In this document: positions 57,263-64,000 of the stretch, one piece after another
Layout: each line of letters begins with the position of its first letter
How positions within the stretch are numbered: the first letter of the stretch is position 1
IMG/VR virus record: IMGVR_UViG_3300008017_000012
Length of the DNA: 64,000 nt
Direction: 5' to 3' (one strand)
Origin: a virus
Translations under genes and position numbers: made by a program
The notes under the pieces: generated by a model
Databases searched by the model: none
Seen by the model: the letters and a program-made list of their open reading frames with translations, nothing else
What the model was told of the DNA's origin: nothing

Positions 57263-59263
57263 TTAAAACCCTAGCCTTTCAAATAGTTCTTCATATTTTC
57301 TTAAAATTAAATCCCCATTTTCTTCAAAAGTGAACTGTTGTTTTACTTTTTTATTTGCAACATCAATAATTTCTAATCTTTTTTGTTCATTAAGGATTAA
57401 CTCTTCTAAATAAATATACCAATCTGTTTTTGGTTTTTTAATAAGAAAGCCATCTTTTTCATGGTCAATAGTTGTTGCATAAGGATATACATTATCAGCA
57501 ACAGAAACAACTTTTGCTAAACTATACTCTATGTATTTTAAATTGGATTTACACTTATTAAAATCATTATTAGCCGCAACAATAATTCCAATATCAAGAT
57601 TAAGAGATATTAATGTTTTCATAAAATCATCAATAGAAGACCATTCTGTATGAATAGCAAAACTTTTATAAGATGGAGGGCAATAACCAAAAGTATAAAA
57701 ATCAAAATCATATTTCTCTTTTAGTTTTCTAATAGCATTACCTAAATAGTGAGAAAAATCTGATTTATGGGTGTTACCACACCAAAACATTTTACCTTCT
57801 CTTCTAACTAATAAAGTATGATAAGGAACAGTCACACAATAAATCCTACCTTCATAGTGAACTTTACTTACTTCTTCTTTTAAAACTATTTTTTCTTTCT
57901 TTTTATAATCAAATTTTATTAAATATGCATCATATTTTTTGTTTGTTTTTTTATTAATATTTAAATTAATACATGAAACCCCTATTTTAATAGCAATTTC
58001 ATTTATATCATTCATTAAATTTAAAGATGAAGTTGAATAAGAAATTCTTTTATCTTTACCAATAGAAACATCTTCTTTGATTATCCAATCAAATAATATT
58101 TTTAATTGTCTTGAAGAGGTATTTAATAATTCTCTGGGGACAAATTTATTTTCTTCTTTCCCTATTTGATTAAGATAATTACATAATTGTTCATTAAAAA
58201 TAATTAATTGAGAATTATTTTTTGTATAATTCCATTTATATTTTTTTGCTATTTGCTCAATAATATAAAGATACTGATTATTTTTATAATGAGATAATAC
58301 AATTTGGTTATCATATTCAGAAACACAACAAGCATCAGAAAGCCATAAACCAAAGAATTTAAGCCAATCATCCATATATATTAGATGTTCATCGTGGTTT
58401 TTTAATTTAGGCAAGACAAAATATTTAACTTCTTTACCCTCATAATTACACATATTTTTAACGTAAAAATCTAATCCTTCTAATGATTCCATACTATGAA
58501 AATTAAAATCTAAATTCTTTTCAGATTTCATAATAGAAGCATACATATTATGATTAGGTGTAACTAAAAAATTCGTATGACTACCATTTCCATAATACAT
58601 ATCTCCTAAATATTGTTCATCAACATATTCAGTTGGTAAATGATATTCTAACATATTTGTTACAGGGTTTAAAGAAGCAACTTTTTCATTTTTATCTAAA
58701 TTTTTAAATAACTTCCAACCATTTTCCGTTAATAATTCTGTTTTTTCATCATAACAATAACTTCCATGCCATCCAATTCTAATTTTTTCATTTTTTGGTT
58801 TAATAAAATCTTCAGGTGTATGATACATATTAGGGATAATAATTGGTTCTTTATTAAATCTTTTTTTTAAGTATTCAGCAAGAGGAATAGTTGATGTTGT
58901 TATTTCATCTGACTGTTTAAACACAAAATCAAGTTTATCAAGTTCTTTTCTATTATAATGATTATGTGCTAGATTCCCTGCTGGAATACCCCAAATAAGA
59001 TCATCAATATCTGATACAATTTTTTTGCCTTTAGATTTAATATATGGAAGCCATTTCTGAAAAAAAATATCATTAGCTCGTTGAAGTCCAATTACATCTA
59101 CTTCTTCTAATCTTGGATCATTAGGTGGAAAACCAAGAGTATATTCTACATTATTCATGTGTTGTTTTAAAAATTCTGCTGGTTGTTTTACCCGCATATA
59201 TCCACAACCATATATATCTGATGAAGTTGCTAAATATTTAATATTTTTAAATTTTTCGTTCAT
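57263..59263 (-). CDS. GT-B glycosyltransferase containing an intein
   Basis: GCGYMRV..P, DIDD..W, IGWHGSY|THKSDF, DIGI...FNKCKSNLKYIEYS. Confidence 0.8.
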   Translation of the reverse strand: MNEKFKNIKYLATSSDIYGCGYMRVKQPAEFLKQHMNNVEYTLGFPPNDPRLEEVDVIGLQRANDIFFQKWLPYIKSKGKKIVSDIDDLIWGIPAGNLAHNHYNRKELDKLDFVFKQSDEITTSTIPLAEYLKKRFNKEPIIIPNMYHTPEDFIKPKNEKIRIGWHGSYCYDEKTELLTENGWKLFKNLDKNEKVASLNPVTNMLEYHLPTEYVDEQYLGDMYYGNGSHTNFLVTPNHNMYASIMKSEKNLDFNFHSMESLEGLDFYVKNMCNYEGKEVKYFVLPKLKNHDEHLIYMDDWLKFFGLWLSDACCVSEYDNQIVLSHYKNNQYLYIIEQIAKKYKWNYTKNNSQLIIFNEQLCNYLNQIGKEENKFVPRELLNTSSRQLKILFDWIIKEDVSIGKDKRISYSTSSLNLMNDINEIAIKIGVSCINLNINKKTNKKYDAYLIKFDYKKKEKIVLKEEVSKVHYEGRIYCVTVPYHTLLVRREGKMFWCGNTHKSDFSHYLGNAIRKLKEKYDFDFYTFGYCPPSYKSFAIHTEWSSIDDFMKTLISLNLDIGIIVAANNDFNKCKSNLKYIEYSLAKVVSVADNVYPYATTIDHEKDGFLIKKPKTDWYIYLEELILNEQKRLEIIDVANKKVKQQFTFEENGDLILRKYEELFERLGF
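57773..58756 (-). mobile_element. Intein (328 aa) in the glycosyltransferase, Cys start, Gly-Asn end, +1 Thr
   Basis: GSY|CYDEKTELLTENGWK...VTPNHNMY...YCVTVPYHTLLVRREGKMFWCGN|THK; degenerate LAGLIDADG remnant FGLWLSDA. Confidence 0.9.
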
Positions 59264-59285
59264 ATTAAACCTTTATTAAAAATAA

Positions 59286-59480
59286 TTAACCTAAAAGAAT
59301 GTTATGAGTATTATTGTCTTTATTTCTTTTAGCACATTCTGTACACACATTTTTAGTAATTTTTTTACCTTCTTGAATAACAATAATTGGTTCTAAATTT
59401 TCATGTAAAGCACCACATTCTTGGCAAACTTGAAATAACATAATAGCTCTCTCTCTCCTTTTTAAATTAAGAAAAATCAA
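59286..59480 (-). CDS. Small zinc-finger-like protein
   Basis: CQECG...CTEC. Confidence 0.55.
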   Translation of the reverse strand: MIFLNLKRRERAIMLFQVCQECGALHENLEPIIVIQEGKKITKNVCTECAKRNKDNNTHNILLG

Positions 59481-60840
59481 ATCCTATATTAGATTCTTCT
59501 TTATTAATTTTATTTTGTTGTTCTTTTAACATATCTTTAATATGGATAGGAATTTCTTGTTGAGAATCATCTAAATTAAGAAGTTTCATTTTTGAATAAT
59601 CAACACCTATAGTATAACATTTTTCATTATTACCAGCAAATCTAGTTTTAATAGTTTTTAAGATATATTTATTTTGTTCTTTCAGTTCAGGAGTTTGGAT
59701 TAAAGCCCCTGACCAGTCAGAAGTTTGTGAAATTCCATAACCTAAACCAACATCTTCATTACTAACGTCTGTTTTTTTATCTTTTGCAGTACGATTAAAC
59801 TGTGCTGCTGTCAATATTACAATATCAAATTCTTTAGCAACAGCCCTTATTTCTTCAGCAACACAATAAACATATAAATGTGTTCCTGTTTGACTAGCAG
59901 GCAGTCTATATGATGTAAATAAAGTTAAATGATCTAAAATTAAAATTTCTGGTACATATCCTTTTTTATTTTTTATTTCATTTAATAAATTCGTCAAATG
60001 TTTGGCATTTGTACTACCAGTAGATACTTCTTTGATTAATAATTTACCATGAGCTTGTGAAGCAATATCTTTAAATTTACTTTTAAATAATTTTTTATCC
60101 ACTGTATTAGATAAAGTAGAAATATCTATATCTAATACATTAGCATCAATTCTTTTGCCAATTTCTTCAAACCCCATTTCACCAGATACATAAAGAATAT
60201 TTTTACCAGATTTTAATAAACTAGAAGCACAATGGCATAACCATAAAGTTTTACCAACATTAGTTTGTGCCATAAAAATAAAAATTGATTTTTTAGCTAA
60301 CCCCCCACCCATTGCCATATTTACCAAATCTATATCTAAAGTTATTTTATCTTCATTCTCTAAATATCTCTTTAATCGTTCTACTGCATCTTCAAAAAAA
60401 TCATGCCCTAATTTTACTTCAAATTCAACACTTAATGCTTCTTTTATAATATCTTCTATTAAACCTTTTGACTTTTTATTATTTTGAATAATTTCAACTG
60501 ATTCAAGTATAGCGTTTTCTAATGCTCTTGATTGACAAAATTTTTCAGTTTCTTTTATTAAAAGTTTTTCATCTGTTACTTCTTCTGTTGTTTTTAAACT
60601 ATCTAAAAACTTATAAATCGAATCTGATAAACTTTCACTAATTTCATTATCAGTTTCTATGAGTAATTTAATGTCAGAAATTTTAGGTTGTTTATTGTAT
60701 GTCTCATTATATAATTTAATTTTTTTGAATAAATTAATATGAATACTATCATTAAAATATTCTTCTTTTAAATGTGGTAAAACTACTCTAAAAAATTCAG
60801 AACTTGTTGTCATTTTTTTAAATAGATTTTCGTGTAACAT
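59467..60840 (-). CDS. 41: Replicative helicase (T4 gp41-like)
   Basis: AQTNVGKT, GEM....I..RIDAN, IILDH, TAAQFNR, KTRF. Confidence 0.93.
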   Translation of the reverse strand: MLHENLFKKMTTSSEFFRVVLPHLKEEYFNDSIHINLFKKIKLYNETYNKQPKISDIKLLIETDNEISESLSDSIYKFLDSLKTTEEVTDEKLLIKETEKFCQSRALENAILESVEIIQNNKKSKGLIEDIIKEALSVEFEVKLGHDFFEDAVERLKRYLENEDKITLDIDLVNMAMGGGLAKKSIFIFMAQTNVGKTLWLCHCASSLLKSGKNILYVSGEMGFEEIGKRIDANVLDIDISTLSNTVDKKLFKSKFKDIASQAHGKLLIKEVSTGSTNAKHLTNLLNEIKNKKGYVPEILILDHLTLFTSYRLPASQTGTHLYVYCVAEEIRAVAKEFDIVILTAAQFNRTAKDKKTDVSNEDVGLGYGISQTSDWSGALIQTPELKEQNKYILKTIKTRFAGNNEKCYTIGVDYSKMKLLNLDDSQQEIPIHIKDMLKEQQNKINKEESNIGFDFS

Positions 60841-60957
60841 TAAATCCTCTTTATCTATTAAAGGTGAGAGAACCTAAATATTATATTTAAGTTCTCTCAA
60901 TCTCTCTACTTATTTCATATAGTATATATTATTTTTTAAGTTTTTTCAAGTTTTTTT

Positions 60958-61374
60958 TCAGTTAGGACAAACAATACTGTGAATTTCAGATGCAATTGTG
61001 TTTTTTCCAATAGTAAAATATTCATTAGGTGTTAAACTTTTTAAAATATATTTATTTGCATCATATACTTTAAATGTCATAATTCGATATAGTTCCGTAT
61101 CTTCACAGTAAAAATATGTGTCAACAATAATTGTTTTAATATTGTCTGGAAAAGGAACAAAATCATATTGTTCCCTACGATAATTAATACTTTCAGGGGA
61201 ATTATTGAACCTCATATAATAATCTAATTGAACCATTGGATACTCTGAAATGTCAATTGCATCTCCATCAATATAAATATCATATTTATCATTTGCAATG
61301 ATTTTTACAATTTCAGCATTGGAATAAGAGACGGGGATAACCAGTAATGCCATAATTAAAATTAGTTTTTTCAT
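60958..61374 (-). CDS. Hypothetical exported protein
   Basis: MKKLILIMALLVIPVSYSNA signal-peptide pattern. Confidence 0.65.
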   Translation of the reverse strand: MKKLILIMALLVIPVSYSNAEIVKIIANDKYDIYIDGDAIDISEYPMVQLDYYMRFNNSPESINYRREQYDFVPFPDNIKTIIVDTYFYCEDTELYRIMTFKVYDANKYILKSLTPNEYFTIGKNTIASEIHSIVCPN

Positions 61375-61377
61375 TCT

Positions 61378-62019
61378 TTATTTCTCCTTATTATTAAGAA
61401 TTGTTAATGCAACTTCTTGTTCTTGAATTTTTTCTTCAATATCAGTGACAACATCTTTAACTTCAATATCTTTAGTTTTACTCTGTACAAGAATCTTTGT
61501 AATAGTTTTTAATGTTTCTTTTGTATCAGAAATATTATTGGCTTGTGTATTAAATTCTTCTTTATAATTATCTGTCTCAATTTTTATTTCTTTAAAGTTA
61601 GCTGTAAGTGAATTTTGAATTCTAACTATATCATTTTCAGGATTACAACTCGGTTCTAAAAAATAATATTCAAATTCTTCTTTATATTTTTCGATTTTTT
61701 TAGAATTATTTTTGTACTTTAAAGAAAAATTACAACTTTGAAGATTTACTGAATGAACATTTTTTAAATAATTAGAAAAATTTTCAAAAGAACCCTGAAT
61801 ATAAATTGCTTTGATAATATTACCAATGTTGTCATAAAGTTTTTTAATTTCATCTTGATCTTCAGATCCAAAAACTTTTGCTACTTTTTCAACTCCTTTG
61901 TTGTCTCCTTCAAATCCAAGTGTAATGAGTTTTTTTAAACGTGAAATCTCTTTTTTAAGATCATTTGTATTTACCACAAGATCTGATAAATTTTCTGCAA
62001 CTTCTAATGTTGTTGACAT
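61378..62019 (-). CDS. Hypothetical coiled-coil protein
   Basis: GGAGAG RBS. Confidence 0.6.
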   Translation of the reverse strand: MSTTLEVAENLSDLVVNTNDLKKEISRLKKLITLGFEGDNKGVEKVAKVFGSEDQDEIKKLYDNIGNIIKAIYIQGSFENFSNYLKNVHSVNLQSCNFSLKYKNNSKKIEKYKEEFEYYFLEPSCNPENDIVRIQNSLTANFKEIKIETDNYKEEFNTQANNISDTKETLKTITKILVQSKTKDIEVKDVVTDIEEKIQEQEVALTILNNKEK

Positions 62020-62069
62020 TTTAGTTTCTCTCTCTCCTTTAGTTAGTTAGTTGGTTAATTACATATCAA

Positions 62070-62693
62070 TTAATAGTCCTCAATAGATTTTTTAAACTTT
62101 TTCATTTCTTCATCATGATTATACCCAATGAATACAAAAGGAACATCACCAAATTTATTTTTAATTTGCATATTATAATCTTCTTCAAGTAGACTCCAAA
62201 AAATAACTTCATTAAAATTGAAATCCTCTTGATATTTAGGGGTTTCCCCATCTTTAAAAACTGGTTTAATATTAAATTCTTTAAATCCTTTACCGTAATT
62301 AACAGGTTTATCGTTAATCATTTCTACAATAATTATTTTAATTCTATCTTCTTTAATAAATTTATCTAATTGAGTATCCATGTAAATTAATTGATGTTGA
62401 ATCATATTTGCTTCAAGAGCAAATTGCCCTTGTTTAATTAGAGACATTCCTAGAGAGATTGCATCTTCACCATTAATCCACATACAAATTTCAGCATCAG
62501 GAATACTTGAATTTTTATTATTTTCAAAATCCGGTTGAGATTTAATATTAATATATACATCCCTATCTTCATAAGATCTGTCAGGAGTTTGACCTAAAAT
62601 TTCAAATGAAATATTTTCATTATACTCCGATAAAGTAGAATTTGGGAATGTAAAAAAATCTGGGGTTTCTCTGCGATACATTACAGTTTTCAT
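62070..62693 (-). CDS. Hypothetical early protein
   Basis: Upstream TTGACA-17-TACAAT promoter at about 62718-62746 and GAGGAG RBS. Confidence 0.65.
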   Translation of the reverse strand: MKTVMYRRETPDFFTFPNSTLSEYNENISFEILGQTPDRSYEDRDVYINIKSQPDFENNKNSSIPDAEICMWINGEDAISLGMSLIKQGQFALEANMIQHQLIYMDTQLDKFIKEDRIKIIIVEMINDKPVNYGKGFKEFNIKPVFKDGETPKYQEDFNFNEVIFWSLLEEDYNMQIKNKFGDVPFVFIGYNHDEEMKKFKKSIEDY

Positions 62694-62761
62694 TTATGTT
62701 TCTCCTCTAGTTAATTGATTGTAGCTAAAAAATAAAAAAATGTCAAGTATTATATTAGTTA

Positions 62762-63937
62762 TTATTCAGATTCTTCTTCATCAAGACCAATACTATTAGA
62801 TATACTTTGGTAAGAAAATTTATTATGAAGGTATTTACCAAGGTATAGATCTAAAAATTCTTCCCATATTTCATCAGTAATTGTTGTAAATTTTTCACCT
62901 TGTTTATAATTAGTTTCTTCTGAAAATATCCAAGAACGACCTACTTTATTAATAATTTTTTCATCAGAACAGAATAATTCAAGGCCAGAAGTTTTAGCCA
63001 ATCCATTATCAAAATCAATAGTAAATTTTACTTTTGTACGCTCTTTAGCTGTTCTACATTTAGAGACAGTAGAAGTCACTAAAGCACCTGTCATTGTTTT
63101 ACCATCTTTTCCTTTTTCTTGAGATTTTGAAAATTCAGCAATGATACTTGCATTATACAAACCGCCAGATCCACCAGCAATTTGTTGTCCACCTGAAAAG
63201 AATCCACCAATTATAGCGTAAGTATGGTTTATTGCAATAATTGGTATATTTTTCACACCTGATCTAAGTGTAACAGTGCGGAATAAAGATTTTAACTGTG
63301 CTGCTCTTGACATATCTTTAGTTGTATTTCCTTCTGTTGAATCTTCTATTTCTTTATTTGTACTCAAGTTACCAATGGAATCAACAATCATAAAAATTTT
63401 ATCATCTTCACCAACTTCATCAATAAGATTTAACATTGATGTTTTTAAATTTTCAACAGTATCAACAGGTATAAATAATAAACGTTCAGTATCAATCCCT
63501 CTACCTTTTAAATCATCTTTATTATTATTGGCCATTTCACTATCAAAGATAACACCAAAATAACCAAGTTCTTGAGCATTTTTTAAAGTTTCAAGTGCTA
63601 GATATGATTTTCCTGTAGACTGAACTCCAGCAAACATTGAAACTCTTCCTGAAGGTACACCTTTTTTATAATCACCAGAAATTTGTGCATTAAATAAATA
63701 ATTGCCAGTAGAAATCCAATCTCTAATAGGAAATTTATCATCATTGTCATCACCCATCAATTGAGCATATTTACTTTTTGATGAGTTTAACAAACGTTCA
63801 CCTAGACTCATTTTTGATTTTTTTTCTTTAGCTTCTTTGTCATTCTCTTTTAAAATCAATTTTTCTTCTCTAGATAATTTGATTCCATTTTTCTTTTTAA
63901 ATTCTAATTCTAATAATACTTCATCACTAACAGCCAT
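62762..63937 (-). CDS. uvsX: RecA-like recombinase (T4 UvsX-like)
   Basis: ISTG...N..ISG...G.P..R, AG..STGKS, FDSE, VDSIGNL...KE, GGSG..Y. Confidence 0.93.
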   Translation of the reverse strand: MAVSDEVLLELEFKKKNGIKLSREEKLILKENDKEAKEKKSKMSLGERLLNSSKSKYAQLMGDDNDDKFPIRDWISTGNYLFNAQISGDYKKGVPSGRVSMFAGVQSTGKSYLALETLKNAQELGYFGVIFDSEMANNNKDDLKGRGIDTERLLFIPVDTVENLKTSMLNLIDEVGEDDKIFMIVDSIGNLSTNKEIEDSTEGNTTKDMSRAAQLKSLFRTVTLRSGVKNIPIIAINHTYAIIGGFFSGGQQIAGGSGGLYNASIIAEFSKSQEKGKDGKTMTGALVTSTVSKCRTAKERTKVKFTIDFDNGLAKTSGLELFCSDEKIINKVGRSWIFSEETNYKQGEKFTTITDEIWEEFLDLYLGKYLHNKFSYQSISNSIGLDEEESE

Positions 63938-64000
63938 AATTTCTCCTCATTAGTTGTTTAAATTTCTCTTACAATTTATCTGTCTGAGAGAGCCAAAAGA

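Noticed and set aside
2689-63563. Other antisense or alternate-frame ORFs inside core genes (for example 2689, 6822, 8034, 10999, 13917, 19704, 33674, 39481, 55648, 63276)
   Set aside because: Fully nested in recognisable genes, with no translation signals or motifs.
1-64000. Genome-wide stop-codon reassignment suggested by the TGA at 101
   Set aside because: Core genes are full length in code 11 and TGA ends several genes with ATGA coupling (for example 24234 and 40062).
1-64000. CRISPR array, tRNA or rRNA genes
   Set aside because: No repeat-spacer periodicity or cloverleaf with T-loop/CCA was seen; the repeats found are coding or promoter repeats.

Overview
This AT-rich window is a central segment of a large lytic T4-like (gp17/gp18/gp20/gp41/gp45-type) myophage genome. 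No tRNA, rRNA or CRISPR array was seen. The left part (+ strand) carries early 23-aa-repeat genes, an NAD-dependent ligase, a macrodomain, the clamp/clamp loader and dUTPase. The middle is a rearranged virion module: gp13, gp14, gp15, gp16, a capsid-fold paralogue, intein-containing gp17, gp18, gp19, gp3, gp4, gp2, gp20, fibres, ferritin and a holin-like gene. A GC-rich captured receptor-binding module and an IS607-type tnpA/tnpB element follow. The right part (- strand) holds replication and nucleotide genes: PAAR, RuvC-like, DenV, two topoisomerase II subunits, RNR, ThyX, primase, RNase H, an intein-containing glycosyltransferase, helicase and UvsX. Most notable: (1) a ~540-nt highly structured non-coding locus at 23.4-23.94 kb behind its own T4 late promoter, inside an island separating gp18 from gp19; (2) at least 10 late genes sharing an N-terminal M-K-[TS]-F-K-x-F-I-x-E tag, fused to ADP-ribosyltransferase-like, GNAT, HD-like and HExxH domains, which look like capsid-delivered effectors; (3) two near-identical perfect-consensus sigma70 promoters pointing antisense into late genes; (4) a DGR-type variable C-terminus on a chimeric fibre with no RT or template repeat seen in the window; (5) an IS607/TnpB cassette behind three late promoters. 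All calls come from reading motifs by eye; no database searches or folding were run.
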